Assembly (NCBI RefSeq): GCF_009914755.1
Contig: NC_060944.1
Strand: one strand, 5' to 3'
Origin: the human T2T-CHM13v2.0 reference genome, Homo sapiens
Length of the DNA: 64,000 bases
This document shows, in pieces, positions 33,269-50,928 of this stretch (position 1 is its first letter; every line of letters begins with the position of its first letter). The translations under genes and the position numbers were made by a program. The notes under the pieces are model-generated. The model had not been told where the DNA came from and made no database searches. It saw only the letters and a list, made by a program, of their open reading frames with translations.

Positions 33269-33715
33269 AAGAAAATTTGTAAGCCTGTTTTACATGATTC
33301 TTTAAAAGGTCCCCAATAGGATTGAGCCACAGTAGTAACCAGCTCATAATAGACTCTTCTCTCTTCCCTTCTCTTCCCTGAATTACTCATCTCACTCCCC
33401 ATCTTGTATGTCCTGGGAAATCTCTCAAACAAACTACCTGCACCCATGCCCTTTTCCCAGGGTTAGTTTCTAGAGGATCCAAACTAAGGCACTGTCCTTG
33501 GGCCCTTGCCTAAAAAGGGTTTTACAATCTTTTGTAGAAACAGAGGAAGATAACAATAACAATATTCCTGGAACTCTGAACTCTCAAAGTTCTGATTGTC
33601 TTCACTCCCTTGAATGATGTCACCAGAAGCCTCAATGATCCCTTACTCTGCAAAGTGTAATGTGCCAAAAAGATGTCAATCACTCAGCCTCAAGGCACAG
33701 GACTACATCAAGTAC

Positions 33716-33721
33716 TTTACT
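33716..33721 (-). terminator. EPPIN: Candidate EPPIN proximal poly(A) signal, variant AGTAAA
   Basis: Position and context are homologous to the WFDC6 AATAAA (AGTACTTTACT versus AGCACTTTATT on the plus strand). Confidence 0.5.
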
Positions 33722-34000
33722 GGAAAAAATTGAGAGTGACACAGGTATAAACTGGGAGTTCTAGAAGTTGGAGATAAAGGGGACATAAAGATGAAATCAA
33801 AACGGATGGATATTGTGCATCAAAAGAGCCAAAGATGGAGGAAGAGGAGGTAGATGCAAGCGTTCTGTTCTGGGAAGGGCTAAGATCTTGGAATGCTGAG
33901 AGTGAAACTGGAAGCCAGTCTGGAGCATCAGTCAGGTACAGGAACAGTACTCAGAGCATGAGCCACATTCTGGCAGTTCTTCCAGTGCATCCTTATCCAA

Positions 34001-34011
34001 TCAGGGAAAGC
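34001..34011 (-). CDS. EPPIN: EPPIN exon 4 (RFP*)
   Basis: ctgcag|GC TTT CCC TGA. Total 91+132+168+11 = 402 nt = 133 aa + stop. Confidence 0.93.
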
Positions 34012-34548
34012 CTGCAGAGAACGTAGGACAGAAACAGCTGAGCATCTTGGGTTCAGCTCATCTTTGGAGCTTGAAGTTATGTTTATACATCTTTGCACAG
34101 AAAGACACTAAAAAGTAGTGGGTTTGCTTTGGGGAGCTCTCCATCTCCTTCAAGGAAAAACAAATAGGAGTGAATCGCTGCCAAAGAGTTGTGTTGAGAC
34201 ATTGATGGCTTAGAAGGGTTGGTTGGTCAACGTGTCTTAAGTTTAGCGTCCTGTGCCTCTTCTGCAATTCATCTCTGAGATTTCACCACTTCTACACCCT
34301 TCCTCCACCCCTCCTAATTCCCCTCATACTTGCCAGCATTGATTACTTCTACATCCCTTCTCATCCTCAGTTCCTCATACTCAGAAAGTAACTTTGTCTT
34401 GCCTTTTGCCAGGTGCATTCTTACCTCCTGATCAGAGCTGGTTCTGTCAGCACCAGGTCTGCCAAAGATGTAGCTGTCCTGGAATGGACCAGCCAACACC
34501 CAGACCTCCCGGCATGGGACTGGAGAGGATGAAAGACCGGGGCCCCTA

Positions 34549-34901
<353 letters not shown>

Positions 34902-34934
34902 TGGGCATCTGCATCCCTGGAGATAGGGTTGTTG

Positions 34935-35305
34935 CAGGTGTAATTAGCTAAAATGAGGTCAGACCAAAATAGGGTGGGCCCCTATACCAATATGACTGGT
35001 GTCCTTATACAAACAGGTTAATTTGGACAGAGGCACACACACTGTGAGAACACCATATGAATGTGAAGGCAGAGATCGGGGTGATGTGTCTACAAGCCAA
35101 AGAACACCAAAGATTGCCAGCAAAGCACCAGAAGCCAGGGGAGAGCAATGGAACATGCTTCTTCCCCATAACCCTGACAAGGAACCAACCATGCTGACAC
35201 CTTGATCTCGGACTTCTAGCCTGAGGAACTGTGAGACAATACATTTCTGTTGTTTAAGACTCCCAGTCAGTGGTGCTTTGTTATAGCAACTCTACCAAAC
35301 AAATG
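34935..35305 (+). mobile_element. MLT1-type MaLR LTR
   Basis: Typical ...CCATGCTGACACCTTGATCTCGGACTTCTAGCCT...GAACTGTGAGACAATACATTTCTGTTGTTTAAG. Confidence 0.8.
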
Positions 35306-37415
35306 CAGGTCCCAACTAAATAATGCTTACACAGTTCCATTTGGGTAAATCTCCACTGCTAAACAATTAGATCCTGTTGATTTTTACCTCCTAATAGCTC
35401 ACCTCTCTGCCAGTCTCTTTAATATAAGCCTCAGTGTCTCATGCCTGGACTGTTGAGGTGACCTCAGATTGATCCCCCTGCCTCCATTCCTGGCCCCTCC
35501 AATCAATCCTTCATGCTTCCCACCAGAGAGAAGGATCTGATGGATCTGAGAGCCAGGCTTATCATGTCATTGCACAGAGAAGACCTACCTTCACTCTATG
35601 ACAATGTCCTCCCATGACCCACAAGGCCCTTCATTGTCTGGCTCCTACTGTGACGCTGGCCTCCTCTCCTGCCGCAGAACCCCTTTGAGCCACATGCTCC
35701 AGCAGTACTCAACACACCGTGCTACCTCTATACCTCCATCCCTTTGCACTGCTCACAGTGACACTCTTCTTACTTCAAAACCTTTCTCAGACATCAACTG
35801 CTGTGATGTCACTCTTGACCCCATTCTACATTCCTCACTGCCACACCTTGCTTCAGAGTCTTGTGCATTCATTTTTCATTTGTTTATATCTTCAGTCTCA
35901 TCCCTGAGGCTGTGAGTTTCTAGTGAGCAGGGAGTGAGTTTCTAGTGTATCTGCTTTCATCTTGGCATCCCAATTCCTAACAGGTAGCCTGGCACAGTAC
36001 AGAACCTTATGGAACGTTGAGGATAAACGAAATGTATCCTGATCTGAACTGAATAAATTATTCATTGAGCACCTATTATGTGCTCAATGCTTCAAGGAAC
36101 AGAGAAAAGGCATGATCTCTGCTATTTAGGAGCCCTTAGCCAAGAATTACAAATAAGCGAATAGGTATCAGGTGGCTACTGTGTGCCAGGCATAACTCTA
36201 ATCACATCATGCAGATCAATTGGATCCTCAAAATAATCTTTTACACTGATCCTTTTATTATCTGAGGAAACTGACTCACAGTGAGGGAAAGTTGTTAATT
36301 TATCCAAGACAAAAAGGCTCGTAAAAACTGGAGGTAAGAGTTGAACTCAGGATGGCTGAATTCAGAATCCTTACCTGCTGGCATATGAGTGACTTAGCCC
36401 CCTAACCTGCCCACTCTACTTCTCTGTCAAGTCCTGTTCACTTTGCCTCCTATGTCCTACTCTTTCTTTCAAGCAGGTCCTACTCTTCTTCATCCCCTCA
36501 GCTACCTCTAGTTCCGGCCACCATTTCTATCATCTTGAAGTCCTTTAAGATACTCTGTTCCTCCTATTTTAAACTCGATAGATGTAGTATGAACCTGGTC
36601 ATATGATGCCCCGCCTCGGTGGATTGCCATAGCCCTTGGGATCCAGGCAAGACTCTTTAATCTGGCCCACCATACCTGAATTGTTTGATCTCTGCCCACC
36701 CAGAATCTGTTTTCCTTGTACCATGCTCGTGCTCACTCTGCGTTCTGGACTCCCAAGGCCCCACCACTGAGCCTTTGTGCATGCTACTGCCTGTGCCTGG
36801 AAAACCCCTCCACCCACTTTTTGCCTAAAACATTACCCATCTTTCTCAACTCAACCCCAGATTTTCTTTCTCAAAGAAGGCAATCCCAACCCCCCTGACC
36901 ACACTGAGACCAAATCCTATTGTGGGTCTCAGAGGCACTCAATCAGTATTTGTTGAATGAATAAAAACAGAATCTTTGATAGTCTTTTTGCATCCCAGGG
37001 TGATGGGCATGAAACTAAGATGCAGCAGAAAGGAGAAACCCTCTGTTCTGGAGCAGTCAGGAGAGGCGTTTTGGTGCAAAGTTGGATTTGTGTAGGCAGA
37101 GAGGTGGTCACTCCATAGCAAAAAAGTTGGGAAATATAAATTGCTTAATTTATCACTTGCAGCATATGTTAGGGCAACGATGGCCACCTGGGAGCTCAAA
37201 AAATTATAAGAGTGACAGGTATCCAAATAGCCAAAAGAATCTGATTCAATGCCACTGATTCACCAATGATTTGTTCTGGGAAACTGAGTCTCAGACATTA
37301 CCTGATAGGATAAGGTCATTCCTAATGGCACACACCATATTTGGCACAGTAATGAATCTAAATCGCAGGTCTCCCAAGTCCAGCAGTTTTGCCAGAGACC
37401 AGCCCTCAGCGATCA

Positions 37416-37712
<297 letters not shown>

Positions 37713-37860
37713 TCAGGGAAGTTTGCTTTCAGTTTGCTTGCCCCCAGGAGTTCTTTTCCTCAGGGCAGCCTCACTCATTTCCCTACTGCCTACACCCCCA
37801 CCACTCCCCAGTGACCTCTCCTCCCTCTATTCCCACCCCCCAGCTCCATCCCATCTAAGG

Positions 37861-38062
37861 CAGAATTTCTCAACCACTGGTGATATTTGGGCTGGATAAT
37901 TCTTTGTTTGGGGGGCTGAACTGGGGATTGTAGGATGTTTAGCAGCATCCCAGGCCTCTTCCCATCAGAATCCAGTAGCACCCCTGATTGTAACAACTGA
38001 AAATGTCTCCAGGCACTGCAAAGGTCCCCTGGAAGGCAAAATCACACCATTGTGGGCCACTG
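37861..38062. mobile_element. MER20
   Basis: TTTGGGCTGGATAATTCTTTG...GGATGTTTAGCAGCATCC...AAAATGTCTCCAG. Confidence 0.85.
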
Positions 38063-39123
38063 ATGTAAGCCAATGCGGTCTTTTTGGCCTTGTTGAGGAA
38101 TCCATGTTTGGAAGTTCCTCTAGGTGGTAGTATTATACAGCAATTAGTATCACTTACCCCGGAGCCAGTTTAGATTTTGAATTCTGACTTGGTCTGAATT
38201 CTGACCCTCTCTGAACCTTGGTTTCATCATCTGTAAAATCATTTTGCCCTTACGGATTTTGTGAGAAAACAATGAGACAAAGTATATAAAGCCCTAATCA
38301 AAGTAACTGATGCACAGTCATATTATCTAACATTTGCTAAGTATTTACCATAAGCCGAGCACTCTTCTAAGCATTTTAAATGTATGATCTCATTTAATCT
38401 TTATAATTGCTCTATGAAGGAAGTTCTATTAATATCCCCATTTTACACATGCGGAAACTGAGACCCATGAAATTTAAGTAACTTGCCCAAGATTACAGGG
38501 CTACCAAGATTTGAACCCACTAAGTCTGATTCCAGATCCCTCTGTTGTTTTAGAAATCCCTTTTCAGAAATCCTTACTTCCTGAGTGTTCAGCAAATGAT
38601 ACCAATGATCATTGTTACATTATAGTCATGGAATTAATATTCCACAACTAATGTGTCTTAAGTTTAAAGAGACTTCTGGATGCTGTCCTTTATCTCAAAG
38701 TTAGGGAACCCCTAGGGATACAGGGACACTTTATGGGACTACATTTGAAAGAACCAAGAGTGGATAGAGATGATGCCTCAAGGAAGGGGCCTGTTTTGCT
38801 TGTGGGGTAAGGAGAAGGTCCCTTGGTTTCCCGGATTCCTGTAGCGACTCCCCTGAAAGCTAGATCCTGTGACTCTCCTCCACCTGCTTGATAAAGACCC
38901 TCCACTTCAAAGGAGCTGAAAGTGGGGATTGCCTAAGTTGGGGTTACTGCATTCCCAGAAGGAATCTTACACAGGAGGGATCTTACAAATATCTCTCTCC
39001 TCTCCCAACCCGGGACCTGGGCTAAGATGGTGGAAAGCAACCCACATCTGAAGAGTTCTTCCCTGTTCCTTCCTCCCAGCAAACTCCCCTCTCTCTAGGG
39101 TAAGGGCTGAGGCCAATACTTAC

Positions 39124-39214
39124 TGGGAAATAACCAATCAGTCAGACCAGGTCCCTGGACATTCGCTAAGAGGACGAATAGCACCAGGAGGCTCAAAAGT
39201 CCAGAAGATCCCAT
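39124..39214 (-). CDS. EPPIN: EPPIN exon 1 (signal peptide)
   Basis: [30 protein letters not shown] plus 1 nt; donor GTAAGT. Confidence 0.97.
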
Positions 39215-39277
39215 GTTGAAGAGAGGCCAGCCTTTCTGGTGGTTCCCGAATTTGGAATGCTCAGCTGCTGCACCTTG

Positions 39278-39336
39278 GATATAAGAACTGGAGACAAGCC
39301 AGCCACCCCCTTTCTTGCTGGGAACACTAAGTTCCC
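39278..39336 (-). promoter_or_regulatory. EPPIN: EPPIN proximal promoter: TATA-like TTATAT and ARE-like GGAACActaAGTTCC
   Basis: TTATAT on the minus strand at ~39279-39284; imperfect steroid-receptor palindrome at 39321-39335. Confidence 0.5.
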
Positions 39337-40404
39337 AAGGTCACAAATGGGACTAACTGGCACCCACAGCTCACAGCTTGGGAGGAAGGGTCTCTTATTG
39401 AATGGATCTTGATCCTTACACCCCTAGGCTGCACTGGGCTGGGGGCTCTAGTCAACCACAGGGAGTGGGCAAAGCGTGTCTCCCACTTTCCAGGCTACCT
39501 TCAGAGTGAATGCCACCATCTTGGGTCTTCATCTTGATAACTTGGAGAGTGGTGGAATGTCCTCATTCTTCATTCATTTTCCATCGTACGTGCACACTTA
39601 CTAGCACACTCCTTCTGCTTGTCTCTGACAATGTGTCTCTGTCGGTCTCTTGGTATCTCATTGTTTATCTGTGCCTCTCTGTGCCTAAGTCTACTGTTTC
39701 TCTTTCCCCATGGTCTCTGTGTTCCTTTCTCCCTCTCCCACAGTTTCCTCCCATCCTTCTGTCTTTTATTGTATCTTTGGTTCACTCATATTCGTTGACT
39801 AAGGCCAAAGAATACAGATTTGCCACAGAGCAGGGTGTAGGGGAGGAATCAGGCTGATAGCAGAGTCTTCAGAGAATGTTTCTCAAAGTTTTGTTGCTCT
39901 GAGAGCAAGAGAGGATATCAGAGCTTAGAGGGAGCCTTTATCATCACTGCCAGCTCCTTGATGTCTGAGGAACTATGAAGTGAAGGGACTTGCCTGGGAG
40001 ACTGCAGTGGAATAAAGTTCAGTAACACAGCAGACTTTGGGGATTCTAACTGGGCTGCTAGAGGAGCTGTGGGAAAGAGGTGCTGGGGAACTTGGACAGC
40101 TTTCCTTTCCTACAGCCATGGAATCTACACTGGCCACTCAGCCAGTCCTGGGAAGAAGAGAGACACTCTTTACAGAGTAAATGTTATCCCGAGGGCTCCC
40201 GTTTTCTTCTCTAACTAGGAGTTACCCTTTTGGGCCAAGTTTGTTCTCCAAATTTTCCTACATGACAGACAGAGGCCAGACAAAGACAGCCTTATTATCA
40301 GAGAGTGACTATATGGTCACAAAATTTAGGATCACAGACAGCCGCCGTAAGAATCCCATGCCACCAACTTGACAATCTCACTTGAAGAGACTACCGAATC
40401 AAAT

Positions 40405-40810
40405 TTTTCTTTTCTTTTTTCTTCTTTTCTTTTCTTCTCTTTTCCTTTCCTTTCCTTTCCTTTCCTCTTCTCTTCTCTTCTCCTTTCCTTTCCTTTCCTT
40501 TCCTTTCTTTTCTTTTCTTTTCTTTTTTTTCTTTAAAAACATTCTTGCTCTGTCATCCAGGCTGGAGTGCAGTGGCACAATCTCGGCTCACTGCAATCTC
40601 CACCTTCCCGGTTCAAGCAATTCGTGCCTCGACCTCCCAAGTAGCTGGGATTACAGGCATGCACCACCATGCACAGCTAATTTTTGTATATTTAGTAGAG
40701 ATGAGGTATCGCCCTTGGCCAGGCTGGTCTCCACCTCCTGGCCTCAAGCAATTTGCCCACCTAAGCCTCCCAAAGTGTTGGGATTACAGGCATGAGCCAC
40801 CGTGCCTGGC
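40405..40810 (-). mobile_element. Alu with pyrimidine-rich expanded tail
   Basis: (TTTCC/TTTTC)n at 40405-40533, then antisense Alu. Confidence 0.88.
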
Positions 40811-41228
40811 TAGAATTTCTAATGAATGAGTAAGACGTCGTAAGCAGTGCTGTTTCACTCATTTCATTTCCCATATTCTCACAAACTCAGCCCAGGAGAG
40901 AGTGAAAACTGGAATATCTAAGTGGAAGGGCTCTGAGGGACCATCAAGCCCTATTTCTCAATTTATAGATGGGAATCATAAGGCCCAGAGAAGTGAGGAT
41001 GCTGACTAAATGTCACCCAGCAAGTGAGTGTCAGAAATAAGATTAAGAGGGAGCTGAGCACACAAGTTCTTGCCAGAGGACACCAGGGCATGTTTTGATG
41101 TTGGTGTGGATATAATATTTTCTTGTAGAGTTGAAGGTAGAGAGGAAGGGTGAGTCTAAAGGAATGAAGTAATGTCTTTAGTGGAGACAGAGGCTGAACA
41201 CCCACAAAGTGAAAGTCAGTAAATTTCT

Positions 41229-41299
41229 TTTTTTTTTTTTGAAACGGAGTCTCACTCTGTCACCCAGGCTGGAGTGCAGTGGCGCAAACTTGGCTCACC
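41229..41299 (-). mobile_element. Severely 5'-truncated Alu with 17-bp TSD
   Basis: TSD AAAGTCAGTAAATTTCT at 41212-41228 and 41300-41316. Confidence 0.9.
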
Positions 41300-41919
41300 A
41301 AAGTCAGTAAATTTCTAAATGGTACCCAGGGTCCCCAATTAAGGCTGCATTTTTTCGTAAATTTTATTGAAAATAAATTAACTATCTTTCTGGTTGCTTC
41401 ATTCCATTCTGTCTTGCCTAATTTTCAGGCCCATCCAAGCATCTCACTTTCCAAGCAGGTGAAATAAAATTTATGTCTTTGGGACTTGGGATAAATCATG
41501 GTTTTGGCCCCTTCTCTCCAATAATTTCTTGGAGAAGGCTGGGTAAGGACCCACCTGGGGTTTTGCCTCTCCTTTCTTCATCCTTTCTCATTGAGGGCAT
41601 GGTGCCCTACCTCTGCCTCCAGGCCAATTCTCTCCCAGGAACAATCCTGTGCTTAGAACAGGGGACTCCAACGAGAACCAACAAGATCAGCCTCTACCTG
41701 GCACCTCCTGCTTTTTCATTAGCCCAAGATCTGTCACATGGACTGATTCTCTGTCACTGGCTTCCTATGTTGTTCCCTCTGCCTCTAACTCTATTACTAA
41801 GTCACATGTTTGCTCCCCCAAGTAAGCTCTGAACTCCATTAAACAGGTCTGTGTCTAGAACGCAGTGCTTAAAACATGAATAGGCCCCAAATAAACACTC
41901 AGTACATCTTGCTGGAAGA

Positions 41920-42560
41920 GCAAGGTAGGTGGGGGGGATTGGTAGGTGTGTGAATAGGTAGGTAGCTATGTGGATGGATGGGTGGCTGGTAGAGTGTGAT
42001 AAGTGGGAAGATGGTTGAGCAGGGAGAGGGATTAGTGAGGAAAGCATGGATGTTTGGGTACATGAATGCATGGATTATGGATGGGTGGATGATTGGGTGA
42101 ATAAGTGGATTGGATTGAATATAAAGATGGATAGGGTAGTGATGGGATATGTGGGCCTATTGATGGAGGCTGTTTGAATGAAAGGTGGAGGAGTGCATTG
42201 GTAGGGGGATGGAGGGAGTTAGGTATAGAAATGATGAATATGTATTTTGATGGGTATGAAAGAGTGTGTGCATGTGTGTGTGTGCAGAGAAAGGGGGAAG
42301 AGAGAGGTCAATAATAGGAAGATGAATTAAAGGCTAGATGGGCAAGTGGGTCTGTAGAAGAAAGATGAGTAAGAAAAGTAAGTGGATAGACATATGGAGT
42401 AGGCAAATAGCTAAGTTGAAAAGTGTGTCAGTGGAAGGAAAGGAGGGATAGGTGAGTGGGGATTGGGTATTTGCATATGTGTTGAGTGAATGGATAGGTG
42501 AGTAAAGGGATTGAATGGTTAGTAAATAGGTGGGTGGAAACATGAATGTACAAATGAAAG
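41920..42560. repeat. Degenerate (TGGA/TAGG)n low-complexity tract
   Basis: Repeated GGAT/GGGT/AGGT units, depleted in C. Confidence 0.7.
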
Positions 42561-42569
42561 CATTAACCA

Positions 42570-43830
<1,261 letters not shown>

Positions 43831-43879
43831 ATGCTACTCATAATTAATGATTTTGATGATAATATTTTCTACTTACTAT

Positions 43880-44098
<219 letters not shown>

Positions 44099-44834
44099 TC
44101 AAACAAGGTTTTATTCTGATTAAGCTTCTTACCTTTCCCCCTACAGTAACAATAGACTGGAGGAGGCAGAGTATCAACTTTCTACGACTAATAACTTGAG
44201 GAGCATCAAGAAAAGTCTTACCATCTCTGACTTGTACCATCTGATAGGATTCCTGTCTGCTCCTACAGAATTAATGGATCTGGGTTATGTAACCCCAGAG
44301 TACCACAGGTGGCAGGAGTATTAGCACACAGAACCTTCTTGTTTTACAAATTGTAGGCATTGAGGCGTATTTAGAAGGAAATGAGTTGCCCAATGCCACA
44401 TAGAAAGCCAGTAGAAAAGTTGAAGTAGGTTGAAAAGCCTTTGACTCCTGCCACCACACTATACTGAACCTTAGAACCTTAAAGCCACACCTGGACAATC
44501 CCTGGGACTACATGGGGAAGTAAACACCTGCCTTAGAGGAGGCAGGAAAGTTGGCTTCTATCCAACATCATTTGCTACTAATGTTTTCCCCAGCCCATCT
44601 TACAGGATATGAATATGATGTGCATGCTTTGAAGTTCTGTGCAGACATGAGGGCTTATTAGGAATACACCTCATGGTTATGAATTTTTTATGAATCGGTG
44701 AATATTGTCACCTTGCAAGTCATTGAGGAATGAGTCTCAGAAAAAATAAGTTTTCTTGGGGAAGAATAGAGAGCAATGCTATGAATTACTGGCTTTGAAG
44801 AACAGCACAATAGTCTTCAGAGGTCAAGAGGTCA

Positions 44835-45185
<351 letters not shown>

Positions 45186-45854
45186 TCAAAGAGCATTTCC
45201 TTCTCTTCAAAGCTAGTATCCCTTTCTGCAACTTGGTTCACCCTACCCTATCCATCTCCAGTAGGCTGTGGAAGAATGAAATGTCTCATCATATCGTGGG
45301 ATATGGTAGAGAGCATGCTGGGCTTGGTGCCTTAAGCCCCATGGTAAAGTCCCAGTCCTGCTACTTGGTGAGTTTCCTTCTCTGTAAAATGAGGATAATT
45401 ATGTGAAATCTACACAAATCAGTGTAAGCCATTTTAGGGTATTTGGTTTTACTTAGAATGAAATGGGGATCCATCACACTGTTCTCAGTAGAGAAGTGAT
45501 ATGGCCTGACTCATGTTTTGAAAGGGTCATTGTGACTATTGTGTTTATAATAGATTGTAAGGAGGATAGAAGCAGGGAGACCTTTTAAGAGGCTGTTGGG
45601 GTAATCCAAGTAAGAAGATGGCTCCTCAGATCAGGGTGGCAGCTGCGGAGGTGGTAAGGTTTTATCAGATTTAGGATCTATTTTCAAGGTAGAACTAAAA
45701 TTATTTCCTAACTAACTTAATGGATGTTAATTGATAAAGAGAGGCATCAACTGTGATTGTGAAGTTTTTCAACCAAGATGAGAAGCATGGATAGAACCGG
45801 TTTGCGTTAGGGGAGTGATGGTAAGAGATACTGGTTTATGTTTATGTTGAGCTT

Positions 45855-46180
45855 ATTTTTCTGTTTTTGAGACAGGGTTTCCCACTGTCACTCAACGAAG
45901 CCTCAATTTCCCCAGCTCAAGTGATCTTTGAGGAGGTGGGAATACCTCCTCAAGTGATCTTCCCAGCCTCCTGAGTAGCTGGGACCATAGGCACGTGACA
46001 CCATGCCTGTTTTTTTGTTGTTGTGTTTTTGTTTTTGGTTTTGGTTTTGTTGTTTTTGTTTGTAGAAATTGGGTCTCACTATGCTGCCTAGGCTGGTCTC
46101 AAACTCCTGGGCTCAAGTGATCCTCTTGCCTCAGCCTCCCAAAGTGCTGGGATTATAGGTGTGAGCTACTGTGCCTGGCC
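45855..46180 (-). mobile_element. AluJ-type, rearranged
   Basis: Antisense Alu with an internal repeat of CTCAAGTGATCTT. Confidence 0.8.
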
Positions 46181-47530
46181 CGAGGTTCTGTTTAAGCAAG
46201 TTCAACATGAGATGTTTGTGAGGTCCAGGTGGAGATGTAGAGCAGATAGTGGAGTTTAGGAGTCAGATTAGGGCTGGAGACACAACTTTGTGGGTCATTA
46301 GGACATAGGTGGTATTTAAATCAATTCTTTGGGGTTTTGTATGCTCTTGTACTCATCTGACTGCAAATTCTACAAGGGCTTCCCCAGGTCAGGCTCAGGC
46401 TATGATGTGTTGAACTCTCAGAGGTATTATCAGGTTGCCTCTGAGTCTTAACCTAAATTTCCCACAAACCAGCCCAAGCCCATTTCCCTGGCCTCCTCTT
46501 CCTTGTCTTCCTGGGAGAGGAGACAAGGCTCTTGTCCACAGCACCATGATTCCTTAGAGCTTCCCATGAAGGGAAGTTTGTGGTCCTAGTTTCAAGTCAG
46601 GTCCCAGGATTGCCTTGGCCGTTCAGGCCCATGGGTCCATGGAATTAAAATTCCACCTCTACTCCTGACCAACTGTGGGTCCTCAGGCAACTAACTTCAC
46701 CTCTCTGACTGTGTTCTCCCATCTGTAAAGTGGTAGTGATGGTACATTTTTCAGCTTGCCTCACAGAATCTGAGGTCGAAATTGCAACGCTGCCTCATAA
46801 ATCACACAGTTGTGAAGATCACTGGTCACCATCTCATTTGTTACCGTTTAGTGAGCCCACACCACGGGACCACCACTCTATCAAGTCTTTGTGTTTTAAA
46901 TCACATATAATCCTGCCAACAACTCAACGAGCTGTTTGCTGTGACTCCAGAATTACAGAAGAGGGAACTGAAATTCAAAGAAATGAAGAAAGCAGCAAGT
47001 GGGAAAAGTCAGATTTAAATTCAGGTCATTTGACTCCTAAGTTTGGTAGGACACTGTTTCCCAACATTGCTGGTGATGATCATTATACTAAGGAATGAAT
47101 CCACAGCCTTCACCTTCACCCCACCCTACTCTCCACCTCCATTGTGGACACTTACTCCATGGGATTCCAGAGCTGGCCTGTCTACACTTCATTCTTAAGC
47201 AAATCCTCAGTGTGATGCTCAACAGGTTACTATGATGAGGAAACACCTTCTTCCAAGGGGGCACACCTGGCTTTCGGGTCACATTGGCCAAGATCTATTA
47301 ACATTTTCTATACGCTATCTCATTTTTTGGCAGAGCCACTCCATTAGGTAAATACTATTATTAACCTCATTCTATAGACAAGGAAACTGAAGCTTATAAA
47401 GGCAGGCAACTGGCCCAAGACCTCCCAGCCAGTGAATGACAGAGCTAAGTCTTGAACCAAGGAACTTTAACCTCAAATCCTGAGCCTATAACCTCATTAG
47501 TATACTATTTCTAGTTAAACTAGACCCTCA

Positions 47531-47785
<255 letters not shown>

Positions 47786-48032
47786 CTAGCATTTCTCATA
47801 ACTCCTGGTGTTATCACCCAAGTCATAAAAGGAGCCATGGCAGGGGAAAAAAAAAGGCATAGGTTCTGGTCCCAGTTCTACTACTAATAGTCTATGTTGT
47901 ATGGCACCTCTGAGCATCACTCCTTCCTTGCAAAGAATATTACAAGGTGCATATAAGAATCTTGTACTTTGGAGCTGATCTTTCTTCTCCACTGTCCTGA
48001 GCTTTGGTAGGGCAAGACTTGTTCAGCAACTA

Positions 48033-49653
<1,621 letters not shown>

Positions 49654-49692
49654 TCCAAAGTGCCTAACAAAGTGCCTAGTACCTAGAAGGAA

Positions 49693-50236
49693 TGAAATAC
49701 CAAGGAAGAAACAGCCCCTGATGTCTGAAAAGTGATCTGACACTCCCAGCTAAGCCACATGGATTCTCTGTTGGACATTTAAAAAATCTCCTAGAACATC
49801 TGTATCAACCAACGTCACTCTGAGATCATGATGAAGTGAGACAAAAACAAGATCACCGTGAAACCTGCAAAATACCAAACACCCGCCCCCCTCTAAGCTA
49901 ACGTGAGTGACTTATGCTTCTCTACCAATCAATCACAGCTTTATCCTTAGTCTATTCTGTATTCTGTATTGTTAAGATTCCCTGGGATAGCCAGTCATAG
50001 AATTGCCCCCGCTTTCTGACAGCACCCAATCTAGAGAAAACTCTCACTTCTTTAGACCCTCCCCCGAATTACCCAATCAAAGCCCAAATCCTATAATAGA
50101 TTCTTTCTACCAGCTTCTTACTGAAATGCCTCATACTTGTCTAGGGTGAATCTTTTCCCTCACTTCAATAAGTGATAAACCCAATTTGTTCAACTACAGG
50201 TGTATTCTGGTGGTCTTTGTTCAAAGGGCATTAACA
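49693..50236 (+). mobile_element. Probable solo ERV1-class LTR
   Basis: TG...CA ends, CCAAT/TATAA-like motifs and LTR-like composition; family not identified. Confidence 0.45.
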
Positions 50237-50643
50237 ACAGATATTTGTTGAATGAATAAATGTATGAGTGAGTGAATAAATGAATCTTTTTAAAAAACAC
50301 ACAGTTCCCCGCACATATTAGATAGATGCCCAATACATTGAGTTACCAGAAAACCTCCTTGAAGATCAAAGAGTCTGAAAAACAATGCCAGCATTTAAGC
50401 TGACTGAGGTTTCATTTTGTCACAGTGCCATAACAGTCTCTTGAACAGAGTGCGCATGCAACAAGTATTAGTTATTTGTGAATGATTGAATGTTGGACCC
50501 AAGAAGACCAGCATCAATATTATGGTGATTGATGGTCACCATGCCTGGACTTATGACTTGTACTTGAGGGTTAGGCATTGAATAACAGAATGAGAAGAGC
50601 ACAGGCCCTGGGTCCTTGTCCTGCCATCCAAGGGAATCCCTCA

Positions 50644-50928
<285 letters not shown>

